DNA of 64,000 nt. Origin: a virus. The stretch's first letter is position 1; each line of letters starts with the position of its first letter. The notes below the pieces were generated by a model. The model searched no databases and was not told where the DNA came from. It saw only the letters and a list, made by a program, of their open reading frames with translations. Made by a program: the position numbers and the translations under genes. The stretch covers positions 2,699 to 66,698 of IMG/VR virus record IMGVR_UViG_3300017991_005544. One strand, given 5' to 3'. Shown in pieces: positions 1-9,703 of this stretch.

Positions 1-2
1 AC

Positions 3-479
3 GAAGAATACATCGAGCCCCCTGGTTATAACAAGGTCCGGGTCGTCGGGTTCGACGAAGGCATCAATACTGCAGATAAAGACATCATCCTGGAACTCGA
101 GAACGGCCAGTGTGTTGCGGCAGGTCAGGAATTCAGCCTTCGGGTCTACACCGAGCCCTTGAACCTGATGTACACGTTCGACACGACCATCGGGACCTTT
201 TGGCACGTCGGTGAATACACCGAGGAAATCAGTGAGACCATCTTTTTCTCAGAGGGTCGTGGGACCGTAGAGTATCCCATCACCAATCTATTGAGTGCAG
301 TATGGCATGGAGATGATCTTGGGGCAATCACGTGGGAGGTTGGATACAGGAACATCATTTCGGAGGTCGAAAGCTTCGGGGTTCTTGACGTGACCTACAC
401 CACCACCTACAATCTCTACACGTGCCTGATCCTTGAGATTGGAGGGGCCGTCTTGTTTGCCGAGGAGGACGTTGTCTGA
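3..479 (+). CDS. 5'-truncated putative virion/tail protein
   Basis: Frame is open from the window edge (EEYIEPPGYNKVRVVG...) into ORF 159..479; its stop overlaps the next start (TGATG). Confidence 0.5.
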   Translation, partial: EEYIEPPGYNKVRVVGFDEGINTADKDIILELENGQCVAAGQEFSLRVYTEPLNLMYTFDTTIGTFWHVGEYTEEISETIFFSEGRGTVEYPITNLLSAVWHGDDLGAITWEVGYRNIISEVESFGVLDVTYTTTYNLYTCLILEIGGAVLFAEEDVV

Positions 480-1255
480 TGGCTGATCGTGAAAAAGCAT
501 CTCTCGAGGTAACGGTATCGGAATACTGCGATGCTGAATTGATGAGCATCTGCGTATTGGTGATGGAACTCGATGATGAGTACAATGCCGGAAAGTCGTG
601 CTTTTCGATAGGTGAGGATGCTTACTACCGCATCTACGGGAATGTTGATTATACCAGCAAGTCGACTCTCGGGACCCCAAGGAGGGATTCTGCCGGTGTA
701 GGCGAGACCATCGAGGATGAATACGTCATTTTCTCGAGTTGGATCGGGTCGGCATCGAAACCAATCAACTCAATCCTCAACTACGAATGGGTTGGCAAGT
801 CTCTCGGGACAGTTCACAAGGTCAAGGGGACCAATTCCCTCACGGCAGACAGATCAAAACATGATGGCTACGGAGTCATCAGGCTCAACTACACGACCAG
901 GTATGACCGATGGAAGATAAGCAGCCCAGAGGAAGCCGATGTGGTTGTCTATGCGCTTGGAAAACCTCCATGCGAAGATACGAGCGCAAGTCTCACGATT
1001 GAGTTCCGAGAAAATTGTGCTGAGAGTGAGGATAACTACGTCACCCTTACGTTCAAGAACTATAACACAGGTGAATTGATTGTTGGTGCTTCCGTTTGGG
1101 TCGATGGAGTCTATCGAGGACTGACCAATAGTCAAGGCAAACTGTATCTTGGCCTCATGGCTGGTGGCACCCATACGGTTAGGGCAACGCATCCGAATTA
1201 TTCACCGACGCAGGCTGATTTGCTTGGTAATGATTATTTTGTTGTTTCGGGGTAA
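479..1255 (+). CDS. Putative virion protein with C-terminal PEGA/carboxypeptidase-regulatory-like domain
   Basis: C-terminal GASVWVDGVYRGLTNSQGKLYLGLMAGGTHTVRATHPNY pattern; coupled operon. Confidence 0.55.
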   Translation: MADREKASLEVTVSEYCDAELMSICVLVMELDDEYNAGKSCFSIGEDAYYRIYGNVDYTSKSTLGTPRRDSAGVGETIEDEYVIFSSWIGSASKPINSILNYEWVGKSLGTVHKVKGTNSLTADRSKHDGYGVIRLNYTTRYDRWKISSPEEADVVVYALGKPPCEDTSASLTIEFRENCAESEDNYVTLTFKNYNTGELIVGASVWVDGVYRGLTNSQGKLYLGLMAGGTHTVRATHPNYSPTQADLLGNDYFVVSG

Positions 1256-1261
1256 TTGAAA

Positions 1262-2167
1262 ATGGCTCTATATACGGTAGGCATGTGCCCAAAACCATTG
1301 ATCGATGATTCTGTCGAATATGAATCAAGGAACAGGTCCATATCGACATCTAAGCATGACGATCAGGTGTACGTCACGGTCTTCATGTGCCAAAATGGTC
1401 ATGAATGCCATGAAGGTCTTTTTGTTGATGTGAAAATGTGCCCTCTTGCTGAGACGTGTGGTTGTGGATACGAGGCCTCAAACCTTCGGTGGTATGACAA
1501 TGGTAGCTGCGGCATCACGTTTGAGTGGCGCAATCCTGATAGATGTGTGCTTTACAAGATTGCACTTAGACGAATGGGCTGGTGGGACATAAACTGGGTT
1601 CTGAAGTATGATCATTTGCGTTCCGGGACTGATCCTAACTTACCGATCTACCCTGATGGCGATCCAAGAAACAATGAGGGTTGCCGTGACTGCGGGATCG
1701 GTGGTGAGGATGAGGCCCATGAGCCAGGTTCTGAACTCATTTATGAAACCCAACTGATGGTTCCGGGTCAACTCTACCGTGTGAGTGGCTGGTTCGACGA
1801 CCAGAAGTGCGGTGGGCGAGAAGTCGAAGTCCCTCTCGGGTACATCGTGTATCAGACCACGGGTTTGTCGAGTGGAAAGATCTCATCCATCATCTCCACC
1901 AATCCCCCGAAGTATGCAGTAGACCATTACATCAGGAGCAGCGGAGAATTCGGATACGGTCTGGTAACCAAGAATTATTTCTCTGTTGACTACTATCCTT
2001 GGGAAGTCGGTGATCCCGTCATGTTGGTCAAGATCAATACTCAATTCCCGTGTACAGGGGGCGGATATGGTTGCACCATTGATGACGGTGACGTGGCCCA
2101 GGTGGATGACGGTGGAAATGATGGAGATTACTTGATTGTTCCGTATGAAGAAGTGGAGGGGAGGTAA
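1262..2167 (+). CDS. Hypothetical protein, probable tail/baseplate region
   Basis: Long ORF in a tightly packed operon. Confidence 0.5.
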   Translation: MALYTVGMCPKPLIDDSVEYESRNRSISTSKHDDQVYVTVFMCQNGHECHEGLFVDVKMCPLAETCGCGYEASNLRWYDNGSCGITFEWRNPDRCVLYKIALRRMGWWDINWVLKYDHLRSGTDPNLPIYPDGDPRNNEGCRDCGIGGEDEAHEPGSELIYETQLMVPGQLYRVSGWFDDQKCGGREVEVPLGYIVYQTTGLSSGKISSIISTNPPKYAVDHYIRSSGEFGYGLVTKNYFSVDYYPWEVGDPVMLVKINTQFPCTGGGYGCTIDDGDVAQVDDGGNDGDYLIVPYEEVEGR

Positions 2168-2168
2168 A

Positions 2169-4169
2169 ATGGCAAAGTACGATCCACTACACAATCAATG
2201 CAAGGTCCTCTACGGTACTGCCAAGGTACATACGTCAAATCCATTTCCAGCAGCGGGGCAGATCAAGGTATTGTATAAGCCCGATGACGATTCTCCTGAA
2301 CTTGAATATACTGTCCCGTTCAAGTATCACTGTCCTGGTGGAGATGAAGCCATCAACGGTTCTGAAGCTTTTGCTCCGAATGATGTCGTCGTGGTTGAGT
2401 GTAATGAGAACAATGTGCCACAAAGAGTTGTCGGTCACTATGATGGTGCTGAGCGTTGCAATATCGTCTATGCAGTTGCCTGGTTTGATAGCAATTACAT
2501 AAATTTCAAGTGGAACGATACAAACAGGTGGTTTAACTGTTGGGATGCTGTCAGAGATAAATATTATGAGTACGGCATCGTGAGCCATTTTAATGGCTTT
2601 GCCGGTACTGTTTCAATCCAATATGCCGATGGGTATCCATACAGGTGTGTCATTTGCCTTGAATTGATGCCAGCCTACCTGGGAGATTTGGCAGGATATT
2701 ATTTGCTTGGTCGGTATTGCTTTATTGATGTGATCATTGACCCTGATGATAACTATTCCATGACTCATGAGGTTTACTTCTACGGGTTGTATAAGCTTTA
2801 CGATGATTACCCTTATTGGGAAACCTTTCAGAATTATGGTTGTACCGGACAGTCAAAACCACTAGAGGCAGAGGACGGTTCGCTTGATGGTGATTGTGGG
2901 ATCGCCTATGCTTGTTATGGTTCTAAATCATATAACTGTGAATGCACCTGTACTCAGAAGGTTGCTGGTTTTTATACTGAAGGTCATTATTGCCCATGCG
3001 ACTGTACGGAGGCAGACTGTTGCTGGACAAAAGATGATTATTGTACCAATGCGGGTTGTGGTTGGTCTCCTTTATTTGGTTGTTATGGACCGGAAGGTTA
3101 TTCTGGTTGCTGTTGTCTTCAGGAAGTCTGCGCCCAATCCCCTGGGGAAACAACATGCAGCCAAAATGTGGACTGTGAGAACTGTGAGACAGAACCCCTG
3201 CCTGTCGGGACTTATGCAACGGCCAATGAAACCGAAATGCCAAAATGTATTTTAGCTGGTGCTCGTTATTATGCCAATACAGATACCACATACGGAATTT
3301 ACGTAGGGGTTGATTGCGGAGAAGCAGTGTGCTGTCCAGACGGTTGTGGTACGCCTTCATGCATCGTCGATACACAGCATAAAGATATCCTTGCTTGCGT
3401 ATTTCAGTTGACTCGTGATTTTGGTGTTTGGGAAAAAGACATAGATGAGGTCGCAGCAGATCCAGCATGGAACGGGTTATCTGATATTGGTTCGCCTAGC
3501 AGTACAATTTCTACTGACCCTGCTGATTCATGGTATACGTACCTTTGGCCTGGTTCTGCCCCAGATGGTTGTACTCGTGGGCGGAGTTATCGGTATCAAT
3601 TTATACCCCAAAAAATGATTGGAGACGGCAAGTGGATCTATAGATACGTCAGAACAGTGGTAGAAGATTTAGAAGACCCCCCAGGGTGTGAATGCACTGA
3701 CACAGATATTGACTCTCAGGATAATGTTTTGGTTGGATTTACATACAATTTTCCTGGGATACCAGACGGAGAAGACGAAGACAGTGGTGATTGGAAGATA
3801 TTGCAAAACATGCTAAAAGGGAGTCTGGAGTCATATGTAATTTCGTGGGTATATGGATCTAGCATGGATCACTTTAGAAGCACCAGCCTTTTAGGCGAAA
3901 ATCTTCCATTGGTAAGTGGTCTTGCTGCTCCGCTTGATTACCCAGATAGAACAGGCGTTTTGATATCTGACATAAACAATAGCGGCTTCACAATCAGCAC
4001 TTACGGTGGCAAGGTCAGGGCTTATTCCGGTTTTGAAACGGTCGTACAGGATGAGGTAACTAAGGTTCAGCCTGTAGGGGAACATCTTTACGAATGGACC
4101 GTTGGTTTTGCAAATCCCAATGTTCTTCAACGAAACATCTGTTTAATGGTTTATCAACCGCCAACATAA
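2169..4169 (+). CDS. Large Cys-rich protein, possible tail/receptor-binding protein
   Basis: GGAGG RBS; central Cys-rich tract; AT-richer than neighbours. Confidence 0.5.
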   Translation: MAKYDPLHNQCKVLYGTAKVHTSNPFPAAGQIKVLYKPDDDSPELEYTVPFKYHCPGGDEAINGSEAFAPNDVVVVECNENNVPQRVVGHYDGAERCNIVYAVAWFDSNYINFKWNDTNRWFNCWDAVRDKYYEYGIVSHFNGFAGTVSIQYADGYPYRCVICLELMPAYLGDLAGYYLLGRYCFIDVIIDPDDNYSMTHEVYFYGLYKLYDDYPYWETFQNYGCTGQSKPLEAEDGSLDGDCGIAYACYGSKSYNCECTCTQKVAGFYTEGHYCPCDCTEADCCWTKDDYCTNAGCGWSPLFGCYGPEGYSGCCCLQEVCAQSPGETTCSQNVDCENCETEPLPVGTYATANETEMPKCILAGARYYANTDTTYGIYVGVDCGEAVCCPDGCGTPSCIVDTQHKDILACVFQLTRDFGVWEKDIDEVAADPAWNGLSDIGSPSSTISTDPADSWYTYLWPGSAPDGCTRGRSYRYQFIPQKMIGDGKWIYRYVRTVVEDLEDPPGCECTDTDIDSQDNVLVGFTYNFPGIPDGEDEDSGDWKILQNMLKGSLESYVISWVYGSSMDHFRSTSLLGENLPLVSGLAAPLDYPDRTGVLISDINNSGFTISTYGGKVRAYSGFETVVQDEVTKVQPVGEHLYEWTVGFANPNVLQRNICLMVYQPPT

Positions 4170-4181
4170 GGAGGTAGGACA

Positions 4182-4616
4182 ATGGAAGAACAAACGAACA
4201 AAGTAGTGGAGACCATTGAAGACAGCATGCTTGGAATCGACTTCACCATTGATGATGGCTATTTATCGAACATAGCCATAAGGCACAAATCAAAAGAAGA
4301 CATCGGAAGGCTGGATCTTTCTGATAAAGCAGCCCTTGTCAGGTGGCTAACGCAAATAAGAAGTGGATTGCTTCAACAGTTTAGCAATCAGCCAAGTGAA
4401 GTTTCCAACATCATGTTGAGTCCAGATGTGGAAGAAAGAGTAAAGGATTTAAAGTGCTCTGCTTGCCAAGGCGAGCTTGTAAAAAAGAAGGCTTGCTGTG
4501 GGCAACCTGGTGATGTGTTTCGATGTACGAAGTGCGGTCGTAACTACAAGCCCATGAAGGACCGTCCAAGAAGGATCCCGCCGCCTTCACCACTTACTCA
4601 CCCAGAAGAGGGGTAA
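4182..4616 (+). CDS. Zn-ribbon protein
   Basis: CSAC...CTKC motifs; strong RBS (AGGAGG). Confidence 0.55.
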   Translation: MEEQTNKVVETIEDSMLGIDFTIDDGYLSNIAIRHKSKEDIGRLDLSDKAALVRWLTQIRSGLLQQFSNQPSEVSNIMLSPDVEERVKDLKCSACQGELVKKKACCGQPGDVFRCTKCGRNYKPMKDRPRRIPPPSPLTHPEEG

Positions 4617-4622
4617 CGACCA

Positions 4623-4934
4623 ATGATTGATGTATTGTGTATCAGGGGCGAGGGAGACAAAGAGGCATCAGAGATCCAGGACGATCTCATCCCGAGTGAG
4701 TACCTTGCCAGGGTCAGGGGGACGAACTTCATCAATGACAACTGGTACAAGATCCACTCGAGGGTCCTGGCCGTCCCGTTCAAGAACAACGTGACGATCG
4801 GCAGGAAGATCTCGGTCTATGAGAGCAAGCTGAATATTGTTGGCATCCACATCGTGACAGGGCATTCCATCACGATCAGCAAGGACGGAATTTGGTCCAG
4901 GGTGACGGTCGAACAGCACCAGGAGGGTTCATGA
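4623..4934 (+). CDS. Hypothetical phage protein
   Basis: ORF coupled in operon. Confidence 0.5.
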   Translation: MIDVLCIRGEGDKEASEIQDDLIPSEYLARVRGTNFINDNWYKIHSRVLAVPFKNNVTIGRKISVYESKLNIVGIHIVTGHSITISKDGIWSRVTVEQHQEGS

Positions 4935-5218
4935 TGGCGAGAAAGAATCTCATTGGCTTCATAAAGAATACCTCCAAGAGGGTTGCGATCGACAACGTGC
5001 AGGATGCCACGATCTTCTCGGTCAATGTCGACGGGACCTATGACCTTAGGCTCAGGAGCGGGGCCATCAAGAAGAACGCAATCAACTTGAGGCCCGAAGT
5101 GAATTTTCACATCGGAGACGTTGTGAACATCAGTATGGTTTCTGGTACGAAAGAAACGGCCAAGATTCTTGGCAGGAGTACGAGAAGGCAGAAAGGACAA
5201 GTCATCGTATACGTGTAG
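4931..5218 (+). CDS. Small beta-rich (OB-like) phage protein
   Basis: AGGAGG RBS; ATGA overlap. Confidence 0.45.
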   Translation: MMARKNLIGFIKNTSKRVAIDNVQDATIFSVNVDGTYDLRLRSGAIKKNAINLRPEVNFHIGDVVNISMVSGTKETAKILGRSTRRQKGQVIVYV

Positions 5219-5229
5219 CGAGGTACGTC

Positions 5230-6195
5230 ATGAAAGTAGAACTGATCAATTTGCCATTCAGCCAGGTTTACCACCGGCGGCTCGACCCGCCTCTGTTTTT
5301 GCTTCAGCTGGCCCCCATCCTGGAGGGCCAGGGATTCAGCGTCAGGATCAACGACCTGAATGGGCTCGACAAGAGCCAGTGGTGCTTCGGATACTGTGTT
5401 GCCTACGTCCTGTACGTCGACAACGACAAGCATGGTGATTCCAAAAGGATCGCCACCACCTGCCGTGCCGTGAACGACACGGCCATCATTGTGGCCTGCG
5501 GTTCGGGCCCTTCGAAGAACGTGACCCGGTTCGTCAACGATGATCTCTTCGACGTGGTCATCCGGGGCGAACCCGAGATCGCTATCAACAACTTCCTCTA
5601 CGATTACCTCAACCCCAAGAAACAGGACCGGCCAAAGGTCTACAAGGCAGAAGTCAAGGATATCAATACCTTACCTCTCCCCTCGAGAAACTTGGTTGAC
5701 ATGAATGGCTATTACCGTAAACTGGACGGTAAGAAGGCCACGATGGTCCTGGGGAGCCGGGGAAGCCCATACCGGCCCACCTGGATGTGCCAGGGGCACA
5801 AGGTCTTCACGACCACCAGGATCATGAACGAGATCAACTCGATCCACACGGCCTACGGGGTCCGTGGCTTTTTCTTTGGAGACGAGGCCTTCTGTTTCGA
5901 CAAGCAACGGTCCCTCAGACTTGGGCAACTCCTCAACGAGAAAGGGTACATCTTCGGATTCAATGACAATATCGATAACGTCGATATTGAGCATTACAAG
6001 AGGCTGAGCGAACTCGGTTGCAAGGAGATCATGCTCAACCTCTTTGGCAGTAAGAGCACCTCGTTTGTCGACTCGATGCGTTCCAAGATCGAGGAAGACA
6101 CGGGCATCAGGGTAATACTTCGGAAGGAATCGAAGTACAGTAAGTCCCACGGTAAGAGGGAGGTGACACATGGAAGTAAGGGTTCCGAGTCTTGA
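5230..6195 (+). CDS. Cobalamin-binding/radical-SAM-like protein lacking the CxxxCxxC motif
   Basis: B12-binding-like N-terminus, DVVIRGEPE, LPLPSR; SRGSPYRPTWM in place of SRGCPxxCxFC. Confidence 0.7.
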   Translation: MKVELINLPFSQVYHRRLDPPLFLLQLAPILEGQGFSVRINDLNGLDKSQWCFGYCVAYVLYVDNDKHGDSKRIATTCRAVNDTAIIVACGSGPSKNVTRFVNDDLFDVVIRGEPEIAINNFLYDYLNPKKQDRPKVYKAEVKDINTLPLPSRNLVDMNGYYRKLDGKKATMVLGSRGSPYRPTWMCQGHKVFTTTRIMNEINSIHTAYGVRGFFFGDEAFCFDKQRSLRLGQLLNEKGYIFGFNDNIDNVDIEHYKRLSELGCKEIMLNLFGSKSTSFVDSMRSKIEEDTGIRVILRKESKYSKSHGKREVTHGSKGSES

Positions 6196-6898
6196 TTCTG
6201 GTGTAGCCGATAGGGTCAGCATCATTATCCCGACCTACAAGCAATTGGGATTCGCCAGGGCCTGCATTGAGTCAGTCCTGGCGTACACCACCTATCCTGA
6301 TTTCGAAATCATCGTGACGGATGATGCCAGTGGGGTCCCGCCTCTCCTGGCCTATCTTCGAGCCATGGCTGATGCGGGAAAGATCAGGCTCTTTCTACAC
6401 AAGGAAAGGGGCCAGGTCAAGAACGTGATGAAGGTCTTCCCGGAGTCAACAGGCCAGTTCATCTGCTGGATGAACGATGACATCGAAATCCCGGAGGGTC
6501 AAGGCAACTGGCTCAACATTTTGGTCCAGGCCCTCAAAGATAATCGACCGGCAGTCGCCTCCGTCACGCCCATCATGTACCATGGCAGGGATAGGAAAAC
6601 GATCTATTGGGCCGGGAAAAAGATGGAGAACTGGAAGAACAAGTATCATGACCATCTCCACGAGCCCTTTGGGAGCCCAAGGATCCCGACCAAGCCTGTC
6701 GAATGTTGTTACAACACGTTTGGTTGCTGCTTGACGTGGCGTAAGCTTGTCGAGGTTGTGCCGCTTGGATTCAAGGCCACCCACTATGGAGTTGACTCTG
6801 AGTGGTGCTTCAGGATCAGGAGGGCCCTCGGGCTCACCCACTACATGATCCCCGATACCTACGTGTATCATGCCAACATCTACAACAGGAGAATCTGA
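6170..6898 (+). CDS. Glycosyltransferase family 2
   Basis: VSIIIPTY...EIIVTDDAS...WMNDD motifs. Confidence 0.85.
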   Translation: MEVRVPSLDSGVADRVSIIIPTYKQLGFARACIESVLAYTTYPDFEIIVTDDASGVPPLLAYLRAMADAGKIRLFLHKERGQVKNVMKVFPESTGQFICWMNDDIEIPEGQGNWLNILVQALKDNRPAVASVTPIMYHGRDRKTIYWAGKKMENWKNKYHDHLHEPFGSPRIPTKPVECCYNTFGCCLTWRKLVEVVPLGFKATHYGVDSEWCFRIRRALGLTHYMIPDTYVYHANIYNRRI

Positions 6899-6899
6899 G

Positions 6900-7490
6900 A
6901 TGGTGATCTCTGATCGATACGGATTCATCCTGATAACGCCTCCGAAGACGGGCTCTGAATCGCTCAAGCGACATCTCGAGAGGTTTGGGTTCCGTGCCCC
7001 ACAAAACATGTATAGCGCACACATGGTCCCTGGCGAGATCGTGAAGAAACCGTATGTCGGGATTGACAGATGGGATCAGTACATGAAGGTCTGCTTCATT
7101 AGGAACCCGTGGGACCGATATGTTTCGTGCTACCTGTACCTTAACCGGCATCGGGTTAGAGCGTGGGGCCAGACGGCCTTCGGCAGTTTCGAGACTTTTC
7201 TTCACACGGGTGGTTATGAGGCGATGCATTTGTCTGAGTTTTTGTTTTGGCCCAACGACACCATGTGTGTGGATTTTGTCGGGAGGTTCGAGAGATTCGA
7301 TACTGATGTCATGCATCTGTTTGATAAGCTTGGAATCCCGAGACCCCCGAGAGTAAGGCATGACAACAGGATAAACCATCCTGACCGCAAGCCATATCAA
7401 GAGTACTACACGGAACAGTGGATGATTGATGTTGTGGCAGAGCGGGAACAGAAATTACTCAGCGTCCATAACTACAGGTTTGGTGATTGA
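6900..7490 (+). CDS. Sulfotransferase family 2 protein
   Basis: PPKTGSES (PAPS loop), FIRNPWDRYVS, DFVGRFE. Confidence 0.85.
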   Translation: MVISDRYGFILITPPKTGSESLKRHLERFGFRAPQNMYSAHMVPGEIVKKPYVGIDRWDQYMKVCFIRNPWDRYVSCYLYLNRHRVRAWGQTAFGSFETFLHTGGYEAMHLSEFLFWPNDTMCVDFVGRFERFDTDVMHLFDKLGIPRPPRVRHDNRINHPDRKPYQEYYTEQWMIDVVAEREQKLLSVHNYRFGD

Positions 7491-7491
7491 T

Positions 7492-8094
7492 ATGATTGTG
7501 TCTGAAAAGCATAGTTTCATTTTTCTTGCCGTCCCTCATACCGGATCTTCTACGATCCAGAGGATGTTGGAGCCGATCCATGAAGGGTGGCACAACTTTG
7601 AAGAAAATAATCACATTACCCCAGACAGGCTCAGAGGCCATTCCGATATCATGGGCCTGTGCAAGTGGAACTGGTTCAGAAAGATCTGTTTCGTCAGGAA
7701 TCCGTGGGATCGATATGTTGCGCTCTTCATGTATGCCAACAAGCTGCATCGTCAAGCCGACAGGCCTATCTACGAGACCTTTGGCGACTATGTGGCGAGC
7801 GGTGGCTACGAGGGAATGCATCACCACGAGTTCCTTCTCCACCGTGAAGGCACGATGGCAGTGGATTTTATCGGCAGGTTCGAGAATATCGAGCAAGACA
7901 TCAAGAGGATGTATCGTTTCATTGGGTTACCCGAACCCAAAGAGATCCCCCATTTCAATAGATCAGAATACAACAACAGGCGGCACTACACCGAGTACTA
8001 CCAAAAATGGATGGTCGATGCTGTTGCCTCCAGGGAAAAGTACGTGATCGAGAAGTTCGGTTACGTATACGGTCAGGATGGAGAGTCAAGATGA
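7492..8094 (+). CDS. Sulfotransferase family 2 protein (paralog)
   Basis: VPHTGSST, FVRNPWDRYV, DFIGRFE. Confidence 0.85.
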   Translation: MIVSEKHSFIFLAVPHTGSSTIQRMLEPIHEGWHNFEENNHITPDRLRGHSDIMGLCKWNWFRKICFVRNPWDRYVALFMYANKLHRQADRPIYETFGDYVASGGYEGMHHHEFLLHREGTMAVDFIGRFENIEQDIKRMYRFIGLPEPKEIPHFNRSEYNNRRHYTEYYQKWMVDAVASREKYVIEKFGYVYGQDGESR

Positions 8095-8738
8095 GGATTC
8101 ATGTTCTTTGTCCGTTCTACAGGGTCCATTTTGCCAAGACTCTGCTTCATTACTTCAGGCCAGAGAAGATCGAGTATTACCCGATTGTGGCCCCCAAGGA
8201 AGACATACTGTTCGAAGAAGATTGGGTCCATTCCGTCAGGGTCAAGGAGTTGAAGCCGGGGGAACAGTGCTTGAGGAAATTCAACGATTTCATCGAGACC
8301 CAAGAGATCTACGAAAACGATTACTACGGGTTTGCATGCGACGAAACCGTATATGAGCCAGGATTTTTCGATATGCTGAGGAGGCAGACGGCCAAAATCG
8401 TTATGTGTTCATCTTATCGTGGGGATTCGGTCCCGAGAGATGGATCAATGCCACATCCTGCAACTCCTCTCATCATCAAGGACCAGAGAGACATCAGAGC
8501 AGGACACATCGGGCTTGGTCAGTACTTCGTGACCGGAGAGATCCTCAGGCTCGTCAGGTTCGGAATCAATAGCTCTTGTAGCGATGGGCATTTTGCCGAG
8601 ATGTTGAGACAAAACTTTGACGGCATGATTGCCTTTCTGCCGAACTGGTTTGTGTTTGCCAACTACCTTCAGCCCGGAAGGTTCACGAGAAAGGAAAGGT
8701 TTTTGAAACCCCATTGGGAACTGCCGAGGTACGTATGA
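8091..8738 (+). CDS. Glycosyltransferase-like (GT-A fold) protein
   Basis: IHVLCPF, YYGFACDE, SDGHFAE; cassette context. Confidence 0.5.
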   Translation: MRIHVLCPFYRVHFAKTLLHYFRPEKIEYYPIVAPKEDILFEEDWVHSVRVKELKPGEQCLRKFNDFIETQEIYENDYYGFACDETVYEPGFFDMLRRQTAKIVMCSSYRGDSVPRDGSMPHPATPLIIKDQRDIRAGHIGLGQYFVTGEILRLVRFGINSSCSDGHFAEMLRQNFDGMIAFLPNWFVFANYLQPGRFTRKERFLKPHWELPRYV

Positions 8739-9703
8739 AACGGATAAGAGAGAAACGAGTACCGTTGGGCCCGGCCCTGCCGTTGAGCACTCCGTTCGTG
8801 ATCAATGTGGATCCGGCTTCCTCCTGTAACCTTAGCTGCCGGTATTGTTTTCATGCCGAGGAAGAGCGCATGCCAAACAAAGGGGTCATGCGGTTCGGGC
8901 TCTTCAAGAAGGTCGTGTCGGATATCAAGGAGTTCGACAAACCCATCAAGACCCTCCGTCTTTATGCGTTTGGCGAGCCCCTTCTGAACCCGTGGTTTGC
9001 CGAGATGGTCAAGCTTGCCAAGCAAGAAGGTGTAGCGGAAGACATCGATACTACCACAAACGGGACCATCCTGAACCCGAGGCTCAACCGGCAGATCATC
9101 GAAGCCGGGATTGATAGGATCAACATCTCGGTCATGGGCATGAATGCTGACCAGTACGAGAGGTTCAGTCTGTACAGGATCGATTTCGAGAAATTCGTCA
9201 ACAACATTGCCGACCTCTACCACAATCGTGGCGATTGTGTCGTGTTCATCAAGATCAACGGAGATGCCATCAGTCAGGACGACCAGAAGAGATTCATCGA
9301 CACCTTTAGCCCCATCAGCGATGGGATTGCAATTGAGCACATCATGGACTGCTGGCATGACTTCGACATGAAGGGTGTCGAGCGAAATCGTGAGGTCGGC
9401 GTGTATGGTCAGCCGCTCACCAGGGTTGAGGTCTGTCCCTACATTTTCTACTCGTTCTGTGTCAACTTCGACGGGCAGGTGAGCGCATGCTTCCTGGATT
9501 GGAACAGGAGGCTCTTGGTTGGCAACGTCGAGGAGAATAGCCTGAAGGAAATCTGGAATGGTGACGGTCTCAAGACCCTGAGGGCACTACACCTGACGAA
9601 GAAGCGTTCAATGATTCCATCATGTAGGAACTGCAATCAACTGGAGGCCGGTGAGCCGGTCAACATCGACAACCTTGCGGAAGAACTGTTGAGGAAACTA
9701 TGA
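8735..9703 (+). CDS. Radical SAM/SPASM-Twitch domain protein
   Basis: CNLSCRYC, GEPLLNP, C-terminal CPY...SAC...GNV...CRNC. Confidence 0.9.
   Translation: MKRIREKRVPLGPALPLSTPFVINVDPASSCNLSCRYCFHAEEERMPNKGVMRFGLFKKVVSDIKEFDKPIKTLRLYAFGEPLLNPWFAEMVKLAKQEGVAEDIDTTTNGTILNPRLNRQIIEAGIDRINISVMGMNADQYERFSLYRIDFEKFVNNIADLYHNRGDCVVFIKINGDAISQDDQKRFIDTFSPISDGIAIEHIMDCWHDFDMKGVERNREVGVYGQPLTRVEVCPYIFYSFCVNFDGQVSACFLDWNRRLLVGNVEENSLKEIWNGDGLKTLRALHLTKKRSMIPSCRNCNQLEAGEPVNIDNLAEELLRKL

Noticed and set aside
2169-4169. Diversity-generating retroelement target
   Set aside because: No reverse transcriptase or template/variable repeat pair seen in the window
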